Source: an uncultured virus (IMG/VR IMGVR_UViG_3300043772_002095)
Lineage: Duplodnaviria; Heunggongvirae; Uroviricota; Caudoviricetes
IMG/VR virus record: IMGVR_UViG_3300043772_002095
Direction: 5' to 3' (one strand)
DNA length: 64,000 nucleotides
Shown: piece by piece, positions 17,643 to 29,636 of the stretch
Numbering within the stretch: position 1 is the stretch's first letter
How the letters are laid out: each line of letters begins with the position of its first letter
The notes under the pieces: generated by a model
The model's database searches: none
Told to the model about the DNA's origin: nothing
What the model saw: only the letters and a program-made list of their open reading frames with translations
Made by a program: the position numbers and the translations under genes

Positions 17643-20600
17643 ATGTCTGAAAGTAGTTTATCTTTTGCGTCAACACAATTATTTAGGAATAACCTTTTAG
17701 GTAGAAATTTAAAACCTTACAGAATACCAGGAGTATTTACCCCTAGAGGATCGACAACATATACTGCTAATATAAACGATTATAATGTTATTGATTCACC
17801 GGGAGAAACGTTAACTAACGGAACTTTTTCAAGAGATTTATATCCTTTAAACGAATACGGACCTACTGGTGGATACAAATTAAACATCAATTTTAATAAC
17901 CCACCTTTAACTAAAGATTCAAATAAAGGAGAATACGACCCTAATGATACCCAGTTAGACATAATTAACGAATTTTATATTGATGCAGCCTTTATAACCA
18001 ACAAATATGGTCCTGAGGGTGGTTATAATAGTTTAGTTGTTATTGATGACTTACAGAATAATGAAAAAATTTCTTTACCGTATTGGGATCCTCCAATATT
18101 TAACCCCTCTTCTTATTCACCATATGATATATTAACAAAACAAAACCCAACAGGTAGTGACGGACCTTTATCCGAGGATTCGTTTATTGCTAGATTGGGG
18201 GCAAAAACTTTAAAAAGTTCGTTTGAGAATAGAATTTCGGTCGAAACATTTAAAGGTATTAAGGGTGTTAATTTATTAATAAATGGTAAACCAACATCAT
18301 TTAATTATAATGATTTTAAAATAACTTCACCATCAGAGCAAAGGGAGAGAGATAATGAAAAATTATTATCTAGAATCGAAGGGGTATATTCTCCAACATC
18401 ACCAATACCTGGGGACTATTTTCAAGAAATTAATTTAAATGTTCCGTTAACATTACAAGTTTCAGGAGCGATTGACCAAGCGAATCAAGTACTTAGTAAT
18501 ATTTTTGGTAGGAGTGGTACTTTTGGTCCAATACCCGTAAAAACAATTAAACCCTCTGAAATATTTTTAGAGAATACTGGTAATGGTCAAAAATCAATAT
18601 TGTTTTCAACAATTGAATATAATAGATATAAACCATTATATAAAGATGATGTTACATCTTTACTAAATAACCCAAATAGTGTTGAGTTTAGAGCTAGTTT
18701 AATAGACTCCGCTAATGACACAATAAATAGTAGTTATTATGTTGGAAGTAGAAATTCAGAACCCTCAACATTAAATTCACCGACAAATCAAGTTCCTGTA
18801 AACCCTTACGGACAACAAGAACAAACACCTGTTTACGGACCTTCAGAAATGGCTATTTTATATGAAGGTAATAGAAATTTATTAAATTTTGGATTGGACG
18901 GTAAACCTACTATAGATGGTGGGGGTATTGGAGGACAATTTGTTTGGACATCACCAAAATACAAAGGTAATGCGGGATTTAAAGCGGTAATAGGCGGAGG
19001 AAATGGTTCGTTAGATAAAGAATTTAATCAAATAAGTTCATCATATAATAAAGACCAATCTACAAATATAACTTTTAAAAGAGGTTCTATTTTAGATAAC
19101 ACACAAAGATTAATAGACTCGGCAGATAATGTTTCGGGTATTGCTAAATTAAAACACGTAGGCACCGCTATAAATCAAGTCTCTAAAGTTTTTAATGATG
19201 GGTATAAAGAATTAACAAAGGGTTCTAGAGTAGTTTCTTATAAAGATTTTACCGATGGTTCAGAAAAAGGAGTTGAATATTGTAGAGTTTTTACTAAAGA
19301 CACACCATATTATACTTATGGTGATTTACAAAAAACAGATGGTATAACTACCGAAGGTAGAAGATTTACCAATTCAATTTTAGACAAGACATATAATTTA
19401 AATATAGCACCAATAAAAGGTAGTGATTCTACCAATATTGTTGACGGTAAAGTTAAAAAGTATATGTTCTCTATTGAGAATTTAGCTTGGAGAACATCTA
19501 GTAAACCTGGTTTTACTTATGATGATTTACCTGCGTGTGAAAAAGGACCTAATGGAGGTAGAATTATGTGGTTTCCACCCTATGATATTAAATTTAACGA
19601 CACTAGTACGCCAAGTTTTACTCCGGTAGAATTTATGGGTAGACCTGAACCAATATATACGTATAAGAGTACCACTAGATCTGGAACATTAAATTTCAAA
19701 ATCATTGTTGATAATCCGTCTGTAACTAATTTAATTGTTGAAAAACAATTAAAAGGGGTTAATAAGGAAAGGGCTAATTCAATAATGGATTCTTTTTTTG
19801 CCGGATGTGTTAAATATGACATTTATAAATTAGGTTTAAAATTTAATACATTAAAACGTAGCGAATTGGTTACTTACCAAGAACTTTTACAAAATCCTAG
19901 ATTAACAGATGAGGAAAAAAAGGGAATTACTAAAGAAATTCAAGTAGCTAATATAGATGTTGTAACACAAGAAATTAAATTAACCGACAACCAAAAAACA
20001 ATTGACGAATATATTAAAGAATTTGGTGATTTAACGTTTTATTTTGATAATGACATCCCTAAAAGTGGAGATGAAAATTATGAAGATACTTATAATAAGT
20101 ACGTTAATAGTGGAAATAAAGATAAATACACATCTAATAGTGTGAGTGCTTTTAATGAAGCAATACCATCGTCCTATTGTTCCAAAAACCCTGATTTTTG
20201 TAAAAAACAAAAAGAAGTTGGTAATTTTTTTAATCAAGTTATCGAATGGAATTATAGTAGATTAGGTAACTTTATAACCGCAACAAATAAACTTATTACT
20301 GATAATGTTGCAGAAAAAATAACAATAACTTTTAGTGGATCGGCTTCCGCAACTGCTTCTGTAGACTACAATAAAAAATTATCAGAAAGAAGAGTCCAAA
20401 GCGTTAAAACATTCCTACAACAAAAAGATGTTGGAGGTATTAAGTTAGACCAACTTTTTAAAGATAAAGTGATAAACGTTGTAGATTCATCTGTTGGAGA
20501 GGAAACATTTGTAACCCCAAAGGCAGGTACTTTAGTTTTCGATGAAGTTGATTGTAGACAAGACATAACAGGTAGCACCCAATCAAAACCAAATAAAGTT

Positions 20601-22625
20601 ACTCCAGAATCTCAGGTATATGCGGTTAACGCTATGGCCTGTAGAAAGGTTAGGATTAACCTTAGTGTTATTCCTAAACAAGATAAGGTGGAGAAAAAAA
20701 ATGTTGAGAATCCTGTTGCTAATATTGACACCGTAACAATACAACCATCAAAACCAAAATCAACAAAAACGGTAGTTGAGAAAATAAAAGAAGGTATTAG
20801 TAAAAAAATACTTAGAAATTTATTAACTGAGTGTGATTATTTTGAGGTCGTTAAAGAATCTGACCCAACAATATATGACTCAATAAAACAAAAAATAAAA
20901 TACTTTAATCCGGCATTTCATTCAATGACACCTGAAGGATTAAACGCTAGACTTACCTTTTTAAATCAATGCGTAAGACCTGGCGAAACAATACCTGTTA
21001 TACAAGATGGTAAACCTGTATATAACAACGCCCAAAACACTTCATTTGGTACCCCACCAATTTTAGTGTTGAGAATCGGAGATTTTTACCACACTAAAAT
21101 TGTTCCAACAAGTATGGCGTTCACATATGACCCTCTAACGTTAGACCTTAACCCTGAAGGTATTGGTGTACAACCAATGATTGTTAGTGTTAGTATGGGG
21201 TTCAATATGATAGGAGGGCACGGATTAGCAAAACCTGTAGAGCAATTACAAAACGCGTTATCATTTAATTTTTATGCTAACACCGAAATTTATGATGAGA
21301 GAGCGGTAGCGACGGAGGACGTTACAAAACTAAATAAAGAGATATTCAATTCTATTGCCGAAAGTGAGAAACCCGCAACAATTGAAAATGTTGAAAATCT
21401 TCAAAAAAATGATGGAGGTTCGACAATAGGTGAAATTTTAACAAATATACCTGTTACTGGCGGTCAGACAGGAGAAACGTCTTATCAAAAAATTATGGAT
21501 GACCTAATAACAACGACCAAGAAGTATTCGGAAACGGTAGTTAATCAGTTAGAAAAAATTTTATTATCTTATAATTACGGAATTTTACAATTGACGGTTA
21601 AAGAAAGATTATTTACGTCAGGAACTACGTCTGGGGTAACATCTACTATTATTGATACGGATAAAACTAATATTTTCGGAAATGTTAATAGAGAAAAATT
21701 AAGTGAAAATATAATATCACTACTAAAACAAATAGAGATAGATATAAATAATGAACTAGACCCAATAACTAGTGAGTTATTTGGTAAAGGATTATTTACT
21801 GATGATCAAAAGAGAATAGTTAAAAGTAACTTAGTTAGTTATTTATCGAAACAATTAGGGTTTGATAGTGGAATATATTCAATTTTACAAGAAATAGTTT
21901 TTGTTGAGTTAGAACTTATAAAGTCGATTCAAAAAATTAATTTAATAACAACAAATACTGATGGTAAAATACTTGATGGAGGTATTATTAGGGTATATAA
22001 TATAACACCAACAGACCAAGTTAGTAATAAACAAAATACTCCGCAACCTATCGTACCAACAAATACATTGGAAGAACTTAAATATGACTATGGTAATTTT
22101 AATTTTTATTTAAGGGATTTTGATTCGTTCTTATATCAAGAAGATATTGTTACTAATACCTACGGCCCAAATCCTGGCGACTTTTTTATTATTTCTGACC
22201 CTAAAGATTTTAATGATAGTGAACAAAATAGAAGATTCTTTATGGTTTTCTCTAGAATTCTGACAGATAAAAATAAAAAAAATGATTTTATTAAGACTAT
22301 AACTAATTCATCATCATTAACGTCAAAACTAGTCAATAACTTTACAGAAATTGTTAATGACATTGCGGACGAATATAAAAACGAAATAAAAGAAGAAGAA
22401 AAGTTCTATAATAAATTCAAAAAAACAAAAGAATATAAAGAATATACCGAAGGAATTGAAACATTATTATATCCAAAAGGTAAGGTAAGGAAATTCACAT
22501 ATACAACGGTACCCGATATAAGTAAAGAAGAAACTCAGAAGGCTAACATATCTGAAATATATTCGACAACAAATACTAATACCAATACATCAACATTTGA
22601 CGGAAAATCAAAATTAGATTCATAA
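17643..22625 (+). CDS. large baseplate/tail-tube-initiator protein with an internal OmpA-like domain
   Basis: FMGRPEPIYTYKSTTRSGTLNF and FGTPPILVLRIGDFYHTK tube-like segments flank FYFDND...YNKKLSERRVQSV...CRKVRI. Confidence 0.65.
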   Translation: MSESSLSFASTQLFRNNLLGRNLKPYRIPGVFTPRGSTTYTANINDYNVIDSPGETLTNGTFSRDLYPLNEYGPTGGYKLNINFNNPPLTKDSNKGEYDPNDTQLDIINEFYIDAAFITNKYGPEGGYNSLVVIDDLQNNEKISLPYWDPPIFNPSSYSPYDILTKQNPTGSDGPLSEDSFIARLGAKTLKSSFENRISVETFKGIKGVNLLINGKPTSFNYNDFKITSPSEQRERDNEKLLSRIEGVYSPTSPIPGDYFQEINLNVPLTLQVSGAIDQANQVLSNIFGRSGTFGPIPVKTIKPSEIFLENTGNGQKSILFSTIEYNRYKPLYKDDVTSLLNNPNSVEFRASLIDSANDTINSSYYVGSRNSEPSTLNSPTNQVPVNPYGQQEQTPVYGPSEMAILYEGNRNLLNFGLDGKPTIDGGGIGGQFVWTSPKYKGNAGFKAVIGGGNGSLDKEFNQISSSYNKDQSTNITFKRGSILDNTQRLIDSADNVSGIAKLKHVGTAINQVSKVFNDGYKELTKGSRVVSYKDFTDGSEKGVEYCRVFTKDTPYYTYGDLQKTDGITTEGRRFTNSILDKTYNLNIAPIKGSDSTNIVDGKVKKYMFSIENLAWRTSSKPGFTYDDLPACEKGPNGGRIMWFPPYDIKFNDTSTPSFTPVEFMGRPEPIYTYKSTTRSGTLNFKIIVDNPSVTNLIVEKQLKGVNKERANSIMDSFFAGCVKYDIYKLGLKFNTLKRSELVTYQELLQNPRLTDEEKKGITKEIQVANIDVVTQEIKLTDNQKTIDEYIKEFGDLTFYFDNDIPKSGDENYEDTYNKYVNSGNKDKYTSNSVSAFNEAIPSSYCSKNPDFCKKQKEVGNFFNQVIEWNYSRLGNFITATNKLITDNVAEKITITFSGSASATASVDYNKKLSERRVQSVKTFLQQKDVGGIKLDQLFKDKVINVVDSSVGEETFVTPKAGTLVFDEVDCRQDITGSTQSKPNKVTPESQVYAVNAMACRKVRINLSVIPKQDKVEKKNVENPVANIDTVTIQPSKPKSTKTVVEKIKEGISKKILRNLLTECDYFEVVKESDPTIYDSIKQKIKYFNPAFHSMTPEGLNARLTFLNQCVRPGETIPVIQDGKPVYNNAQNTSFGTPPILVLRIGDFYHTKIVPTSMAFTYDPLTLDLNPEGIGVQPMIVSVSMGFNMIGGHGLAKPVEQLQNALSFNFYANTEIYDERAVATEDVTKLNKEIFNSIAESEKPATIENVENLQKNDGGSTIGEILTNIPVTGGQTGETSYQKIMDDLITTTKKYSETVVNQLEKILLSYNYGILQLTVKERLFTSGTTSGVTSTIIDTDKTNIFGNVNREKLSENIISLLKQIEIDINNELDPITSELFGKGLFTDDQKRIVKSNLVSYLSKQLGFDSGIYSILQEIVFVELELIKSIQKINLITTNTDGKILDGGIIRVYNITPTDQVSNKQNTPQPIVPTNTLEELKYDYGNFNFYLRDFDSFLYQEDIVTNTYGPNPGDFFIISDPKDFNDSEQNRRFFMVFSRILTDKNKKNDFIKTITNSSSLTSKLVNNFTEIVNDIADEYKNEIKEEEKFYNKFKKTKEYKEYTEGIETLLYPKGKVRKFTYTTVPDISKEETQKANISEIYSTTNTNTNTSTFDGKSKLDS

Positions 22626-22951
22626 TGGCAAAAAGACAATCATATCAGAGATATAATGAATTTCTTATAAACGGAAACCAAACCGTAGTACCATATATTA
22701 ATTTACCGATTAAAACCACAGATAAGAAATACATTTATAAGGTGGGACAAAGTAGATTGGATATAATATCTCAACAATATTATAACACACCAACATTCGG
22801 ATGGTTGATATTAATGGCCAACCCAAAATTTGGAGGTAGAGAATGGAATATTCCTGACGGGTCAGTATTGACTATTCCATTTCCTTTAATAACTTCATTA
22901 CAAGATTACAACAATCAATTAGACAATCATTTTTTATATTATGGTAGGTGA
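22625..22951 (+). CDS. LysM-like baseplate protein (gp53/P2 gpX-like)
   Basis: SRLDIISQQYYNTPTFGWLILMANP...GSVLTIP. Confidence 0.8.
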   Translation: MAKRQSYQRYNEFLINGNQTVVPYINLPIKTTDKKYIYKVGQSRLDIISQQYYNTPTFGWLILMANPKFGGREWNIPDGSVLTIPFPLITSLQDYNNQLDNHFLYYGR

Positions 22952-25900
22952 TGGAGAGAATATATTAGTGGAGTATGATTATAACAACATTATAGTTGTA
23001 GACCCAAACAAAATCGTAGATGAAAATGGTAACGCTAAGGAAAGACTTGTAAAACAAGAAAACTTAGTAATGTATGCCAATTTGGAGTGTAAGTTAGTCC
23101 CAAGAACTAAATTGGCGATTGGAGTCGCTCCAAGCGACAGACAACAAACAATATCATTGGCAACTATAAATTTTTTAAAACCTGGAGATAAATCTTTTTT
23201 AGAAAACGATTGGACTGATAGTATTACGGGTAAAAACACTATTAAAGGTCAAGGAGTAAATCAACCTGGATATGAGACGGTTCCTGGTGCCGATTTTCTA
23301 AGACAAACAATCTTAACAGGGGGTAAACCGGGATCTTTAGATACTGGTCTTTTAGGTATTGTAGGGATTGACATCACCCAAAACACTTCGTTTATGCCGG
23401 TTATAACGGTTAGATTAACGGACATTAAAGGTAGGGCGTTATTTGAATTGGGTGATAATTCACCTTATGCGGCGTTTTTTAATTTACCATATCCTATGTT
23501 TTATCTTACTATTAAAGGGTATTATGGTAAAGCGATAAGGTTACCATTAATGTTACAAAGCTTTAACTCCAGTTTCGACTATTCAAGTCAAAATTTCGAT
23601 ATAACTTTAAAATTTTACACATACAAATATAGTGTTCTTAGTGATCTAACTATGGGTGCGTTATTAGCGACACCACATATGTTTCCCTCAACAATTTCAG
23701 TAACCCCGAAACAAGGAGGTTCGACACAACTAACAAATTCTAAAAATTCTGTAGTTGAAAGAGGGTATCAGAAAATGAAAGAGATTTATAGTGAATATAA
23801 GTCAAAAGGATTAATATCGGAAGATATGCCTGAATTAACAATATTAGAATTAAGAAATAATATCGATAATTTTGTTAATAATATATTAGATACTTTTACT
23901 AAGGAAAATTTGGCACCATTAAATAACTTAGATAGTTATTCGGACACATTAAATGAATATAGAAAAGATGTTTTTTTGGCGGTTAATGGTTCTTGGTTTA
24001 GCGATTTTATGGATTCCGAAAATTTCTACGTTTTAAAGAATAATGGTGGGGAAATATATACTTTTAAAGATGAAGACGTTTCAAAAAACAAAACTGCGTT
24101 AAGTAAATTAGAAAACGAATATATAGACAAATATAATAAAAAATTAAATAATAATCCTGTTTGTGGTAAAAATGGACAATACTCCGTTGGAGGTAAAGGA
24201 CCTTTTCCGTCAAGTATAAATTGTAACGTAACACTACAACAATTTATATTTGATAGTGTTACTGAAAATGACATTGATTTTGAACAAACAATATTAAAAA
24301 GAAAAAAAGGTAAACAAAAACCGACAAGTGCTGAAATCGCAGAAGCTGAATCTAATTTTAAATTAAAAAATTCTTTAGGAGGTATCGAGACTAAAAACGG
24401 TAAAAAGTATAAAATTCAATGGTTTAGGTTTGAGAGTGGTACTACAGGAATTGAACCAAATGGAAATATTAAAGATTCAAAATCTTTTATTTTAAAACCA
24501 AATACCACATTTATGGAGTACACTTCCGAACTAGGAAGAAAATTATCCGAAATCAGAAAAGAAATTGAAACAAAGTTAACTGACGCTTTATCTGATATTT
24601 TACAAAGTAAAAATAATGGTATCGGATTCAATCCGACTATAAGAAATGTTTTATCGGTTATTTTTGCCAATGGAGAAGCTTTTTTAAGACTATTAGATGA
24701 TACGCACACAAATGCTTGGAATTTAAATTCTGATTTGGACGCAACAAGGGAAAGAAAAAAATTGGTTTTTAATACTTCCGCGTCAGATGTGAATACGGAC
24801 AACCCAACACCTGGGTACGACAAAGATACACCTATTTATCCTTGGCCACAAGTAATTGTCTCAAATAGAGATGAAAATGGAGATGAAAAATATTCATTAG
24901 AATATCCCGGTAAATTTGTATTACAAAGTAATTATAAGACTAACGTCTTCACCTATTGGCCTGAAGTAGAATTTGTTGAGGAATTTATTACCGCTTTAAC
25001 TAAAAGGGATGAAGTTAAGAAAAATCCTGAACCAATTAAAAACGAAACTTTAGATATTACAAAGGCGTCGTTAAATCCCATAGAATTCCCAATAAATAAT
25101 GAAGTTTTTTCAAATAAAGAAGAAATAAAGTATTTTTTTGAAATATACGAAAGAATATCTTTATATTCTGATTATACTAAGTTATCAAGATCTTCAAATA
25201 GTGTAATAGAAACGGATTTATTTGCGACTATACTATCAGAGTTTGAATATTCAAATATAAATAATAGTTTATTGAATGATAGTCCATTTCTTCTAAGTAA
25301 GTTAAAAGAATATACATTTACGTCTATAAATTATTTAGAAATATTAAGACATTTTTCTAATGATGGTATTGGGGAAAGTTGGCAAAACTTTTTAAGAGGG
25401 GTTTTTAATACATCATATTTAAAAAATTTAATTAATAATTCGCAATTTAGTTTCATTAATCCCGATTTACTATCAAGTAGTATATGTTCACCATCAGTAT
25501 CGGTATCAAAACAAGATGAATTGTCTAAGTATTTTAACGAATCAACAACATCTAACGAGTATGATTTTTCTGATACATATCCATTAACCGATTTAGAATG
25601 GATTAAATTTAAAATGGCAGATTCTAAAAATATTGGAACTGCTAAACAAGCTTTTAACACTACTAAAGTGTTAAATTATGACCAAGACAGAAAAACAATT
25701 ACTAATTTTAAAGACAATACTAATACTGAAAAGATTAGACCTATAACTAATTTTAATTGGGTTGGTAAAGTAATATCACCTAGTTTGATTGATATGGACT
25801 ACCCGTTATTGAAAGATTTTTACAAAAATAGAAACAATGAGGATCAATTACCAACAGAAGGAAATGTTATTTATTCTGATTACACGGATAATTTATTATA

Positions 25901-28900
25901 CAAACAAACTACTTCAGTTTTAAACACCCCTTATTTTATTAACTCAATTCAAGAAGGAGTTTCTAACTTTAGAAATTATGAAAAATATCCATTTGTTTCT
26001 TCTGCTTACTATTTTATAAATAGCTTACCCGTTGCAACTCTAAGAGAGAGATATAAATCATACACCCCAAATGGAGACCTTAAACCTAATATTGAGGAAC
26101 TTGATTATATTATGTCTTCATTTAAAAAATTTGGAGCAATACACAAAGTACCATATGCTTGGATATTAAAAATAGGTTCCGTTTGGCATAGATATAAAAA
26201 GTATAATGATACTGGTGTTGACATATTAGAGAAGTCTTGGTCTGGGTTTAGTTACGTTGATAACTATGATCCTGAGACAAGTAACCCTGAAAAAATTTAT
26301 AGTTTATCTATTAATGGTTCACAAATAGATATTGTACTTCAAGATAATACATTCGTAGGAGGGGAGGAATTCACATTAATTAATGTAGGGTTTTACCCTA
26401 AATTGATTAATGATTTTAACGTATTTTATCAAGGGTTCAACATATATTCAGGATTTACTAGTTTAGACATTCAATCAGGGTTTACCCTAGGGGTAAATTT
26501 AAATTATGTCGATAACGCCATTATTGATTTACCAAGATCAGGAACAACGGGTCCTGGATTTGACCCCACCTCACAAACAAGAAGTCTAAGGATAATACCT
26601 TGGTCTGTAACGGTTGATACGTTAGATGACAAATTTTCATTTGTATTTCCATCGGCGGGTTCATTAATTAATCAGACAAAAAACGAGTGTTTTGATATTA
26701 CGAAAACACCAAATTCTTTAAAAACCGAGGTAATTAATAATGAGTCGATGTATAATGGGTCAGTTAGAAATTTTTGGGCAGCACCAAATTATGGTTATTT
26801 TAACACAAATAAACTTGAGACCCCATATTACTCAGAGTATTTAAAAACTATAAACCCTGATAGTAATATCCAATCTAATTTTGATATTAAATCTAGAATA
26901 GGGGGATCCGATTATACATCGATAAGTGATTTATTTAGTACCTTTAATAAAGACATATTAGATTCATTTGAAAACGAGTTTCTTAATTTTTCTAAGTCAA
27001 TATACGATACCGGGGACGGCATTAATACTAATACTAACGATGTTGTTAATAATATTTCTAACACCATAACGTTAGATGAATCTAAAAAGAAAATGTTAAA
27101 TTTTCAATCGTTTATGATTGATATGATGAAGATATCTAAAGTTAATGGACAAACAGGAACGGATTACGTAAGTAATGTTCAGATAACTCAAACCGCCAAT
27201 ATCGTTGAGAGAATTAAGAATTTTTTAAATTTTGATATCGTATTTAAATTTGGAAATCCATCAAACTATAGTAAGAGGTTGTTTTATACCTTCTCAACGT
27301 TTGAAATTTCTGACCCATATGTTTGGGATAATTATACAATATTAACACCTAACGCGTTACCGGCCACTTCAAACTCGGTAACTTTTTCACAATCATTCGC
27401 AAATTACCAAGAAGAATGGAAAGCATTATTCTTATACGTTGGTTTTAGTGAAATTGTTGAATTGACTTATAAAGATTCAGGTTCATATATTACCGATTTT
27501 TTTATTGATAATAATATTGCGTTTACGGTGAATAATATTAAAAATTTATATCCTATTATAAAAATATACGCAACACAAAAATTATCAGACCCTAATTTGA
27601 ATCCGTCAAAATTTACAGAATCGATGAATGAGTACATTTTAAAAAATGACAGATTTTTGGGTAGGGTACTTAATAATGTTTTTACTAATGTAAGGAATAA
27701 ATTACCTAATGTTTCGGTATCAACTAATGTTGGAACTTTTTCAAAACTTGACGGTAACCAAACAAAATATGAAATTTATGACACTTTAAAATCTTTAAAT
27801 GATAAATGGATTTCAGGTTCAGATTTTAAAAACAAAACTTTATTTGAAGATGTTTTGTTAGTTGATAGAGCGTCAAGAAACATTGGAGATAAGATATTAG
27901 TAGACATATATAAATTAAAAAATAGATTGACAAATATAAATGCTGATTCAACTATGTTATCTTTTATTCAATCGATTTTAGTTGAGAATAATTTTGTTAT
28001 TATGAATCTTCCTTCATATATTAATTTTTATAATGTACAAGATGTTACAAAAAACGCAATACCTAAATTTGAAGGGACTACAGAATTTGCGAATAATTTA
28101 TTTGGAACGTTTTTAAATGTTGATTACAGAGATTCATCTTCTAAAATGGTTTGTTTTTATTCTAATAAACCTAGTGAACATTTAAATCTGAAAAATAATG
28201 TTGACTACAGATATAGAAACGATGGATTAGACATTAGTAAAACTAATAATGCTTTGGTAGAAACCTCAACAAATAAACAAGACCACGCATTATCTAATAG
28301 AGTGGTTGGGTTTAATGTTGACATTGGACCTCAAAATCAACAAATTTTTAACGGATTTAACGTGAGACAAACCGCGGGTAAGGCCACTACAGAAAGTTTA
28401 CAAATTTTAAATGAGATGGCAAATCTTAGAGGAAATAGAGCGGGGTCAACGCAAAGTACATCATTATACAATTTATATAAAAATAGGAGTTATAGTTGTA
28501 GTGTGAGTATGATGGGCAATGCTATGATACAACCAACAATGTATTTTAATTTAAGGTATGTACCAATGTTTAGTGGTTCATATATGATACTTGAGGTTAC
28601 TCATAAAATAAGTCCCGGAACATTTACAACAAGTTTTACAGGCGTAAGACAAAACGCTTCAGAAGTACCTCCTGTGGATCCTTTACAAGTTTTAAAGGCG
28701 AATTTATTACAATCAATTCAAGACACTTTTAAAACTCAAAAAGATAAGGAAAATACTCAATCCAATACGGATACTGCAGAAAAAGATAAGATAATTAAAC
28801 AAGAAACTAGTAAAAACTCTAGCACTTTATCTATTAATCAAAGTTGCCAACCAATCAACAAATATAGTAACTTTACAAAAATAAACCCAACAATTAGAAA

Positions 28901-29384
28901 ATATAATAGTAAAGAGATAATTGAAAAAATTAATGAAATTTTAAATGTTGGAAATTATCCTTTAAAATTAAAAGTAACAATATTCGCGTCAATATATATT
29001 AATAGTTATGATACTAATAATATTTTTAAAGCGTATGATTACAATTTTGCGTCTATAGGATTGAACGAGAATTGGGCTCAATTAGGAAATAATTATTTCA
29101 ATTCTAATTATTTCTGTTCATACAGCGAGACTCCTATGTCAAGTTTTAATAGTTTAGACGCCTTAATAAGTATGTTGAGAGATCATTGGAAAAATACTAT
29201 CGGTAAAGTTAAAAATATTGATAAAACGGAAATTACTAAATTTTTAATAATATATTCGGGATTTAAACCAAATGAAGATGTGTATAAAAAATTTAGTCAA
29301 GAAGAATTATCAGTTATTGAGGATAATTTAACACAAAAAGCGATAGATTTATTTAATGCCGCGTCACAAGGAATTTCTCCATAA
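22941..29384 (+). CDS. very large baseplate hub protein (gp27/gpD-like C-terminal region)
   Basis: CSVSMMGNAMIQPTMYFNL...SGSYMILEVTHKISPGTFTTSFTGVR; follows the LysM-like gene. Confidence 0.65.
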   Translation: MVGDGENILVEYDYNNIIVVDPNKIVDENGNAKERLVKQENLVMYANLECKLVPRTKLAIGVAPSDRQQTISLATINFLKPGDKSFLENDWTDSITGKNTIKGQGVNQPGYETVPGADFLRQTILTGGKPGSLDTGLLGIVGIDITQNTSFMPVITVRLTDIKGRALFELGDNSPYAAFFNLPYPMFYLTIKGYYGKAIRLPLMLQSFNSSFDYSSQNFDITLKFYTYKYSVLSDLTMGALLATPHMFPSTISVTPKQGGSTQLTNSKNSVVERGYQKMKEIYSEYKSKGLISEDMPELTILELRNNIDNFVNNILDTFTKENLAPLNNLDSYSDTLNEYRKDVFLAVNGSWFSDFMDSENFYVLKNNGGEIYTFKDEDVSKNKTALSKLENEYIDKYNKKLNNNPVCGKNGQYSVGGKGPFPSSINCNVTLQQFIFDSVTENDIDFEQTILKRKKGKQKPTSAEIAEAESNFKLKNSLGGIETKNGKKYKIQWFRFESGTTGIEPNGNIKDSKSFILKPNTTFMEYTSELGRKLSEIRKEIETKLTDALSDILQSKNNGIGFNPTIRNVLSVIFANGEAFLRLLDDTHTNAWNLNSDLDATRERKKLVFNTSASDVNTDNPTPGYDKDTPIYPWPQVIVSNRDENGDEKYSLEYPGKFVLQSNYKTNVFTYWPEVEFVEEFITALTKRDEVKKNPEPIKNETLDITKASLNPIEFPINNEVFSNKEEIKYFFEIYERISLYSDYTKLSRSSNSVIETDLFATILSEFEYSNINNSLLNDSPFLLSKLKEYTFTSINYLEILRHFSNDGIGESWQNFLRGVFNTSYLKNLINNSQFSFINPDLLSSSICSPSVSVSKQDELSKYFNESTTSNEYDFSDTYPLTDLEWIKFKMADSKNIGTAKQAFNTTKVLNYDQDRKTITNFKDNTNTEKIRPITNFNWVGKVISPSLIDMDYPLLKDFYKNRNNEDQLPTEGNVIYSDYTDNLLYKQTTSVLNTPYFINSIQEGVSNFRNYEKYPFVSSAYYFINSLPVATLRERYKSYTPNGDLKPNIEELDYIMSSFKKFGAIHKVPYAWILKIGSVWHRYKKYNDTGVDILEKSWSGFSYVDNYDPETSNPEKIYSLSINGSQIDIVLQDNTFVGGEEFTLINVGFYPKLINDFNVFYQGFNIYSGFTSLDIQSGFTLGVNLNYVDNAIIDLPRSGTTGPGFDPTSQTRSLRIIPWSVTVDTLDDKFSFVFPSAGSLINQTKNECFDITKTPNSLKTEVINNESMYNGSVRNFWAAPNYGYFNTNKLETPYYSEYLKTINPDSNIQSNFDIKSRIGGSDYTSISDLFSTFNKDILDSFENEFLNFSKSIYDTGDGINTNTNDVVNNISNTITLDESKKKMLNFQSFMIDMMKISKVNGQTGTDYVSNVQITQTANIVERIKNFLNFDIVFKFGNPSNYSKRLFYTFSTFEISDPYVWDNYTILTPNALPATSNSVTFSQSFANYQEEWKALFLYVGFSEIVELTYKDSGSYITDFFIDNNIAFTVNNIKNLYPIIKIYATQKLSDPNLNPSKFTESMNEYILKNDRFLGRVLNNVFTNVRNKLPNVSVSTNVGTFSKLDGNQTKYEIYDTLKSLNDKWISGSDFKNKTLFEDVLLVDRASRNIGDKILVDIYKLKNRLTNINADSTMLSFIQSILVENNFVIMNLPSYINFYNVQDVTKNAIPKFEGTTEFANNLFGTFLNVDYRDSSSKMVCFYSNKPSEHLNLKNNVDYRYRNDGLDISKTNNALVETSTNKQDHALSNRVVGFNVDIGPQNQQIFNGFNVRQTAGKATTESLQILNEMANLRGNRAGSTQSTSLYNLYKNRSYSCSVSMMGNAMIQPTMYFNLRYVPMFSGSYMILEVTHKISPGTFTTSFTGVRQNASEVPPVDPLQVLKANLLQSIQDTFKTQKDKENTQSNTDTAEKDKIIKQETSKNSSTLSINQSCQPINKYSNFTKINPTIRKYNSKEIIEKINEILNVGNYPLKLKVTIFASIYINSYDTNNIFKAYDYNFASIGLNENWAQLGNNYFNSNYFCSYSETPMSSFNSLDALISMLRDHWKNTIGKVKNIDKTEITKFLIIYSGFKPNEDVYKKFSQEELSVIEDNLTQKAIDLFNAASQGISP

Positions 29385-29411
29385 ATAAGATATTTATATA
29401 TAAAAACAATT

Positions 29412-29636
29412 ATGAATACAAAATTAATATTAGACAATTACTTGGGTAAAAACACAAGAATGTCAGAAAAAGATTTAGGTGATGGGTCTAAACAAGTTTG
29501 TGATTTAGATACTGGAGAATGTTATACTTTAAGAATGAAAGATGGTCTTATTGAGAGAGTAGATAATACATTAAATACAAATAAAAAAATACAAGTTGAA
29601 ACAAAAACAGGTATTAAACAATTATTAAATGGTTAA
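29412..29636 (+). CDS. hypothetical protein
   Basis: 74 aa with VCDLDTGEC; preceded by GATATTTATA. Confidence 0.7.
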   Translation: MNTKLILDNYLGKNTRMSEKDLGDGSKQVCDLDTGECYTLRMKDGLIERVDNTLNTNKKIQVETKTGIKQLLNG

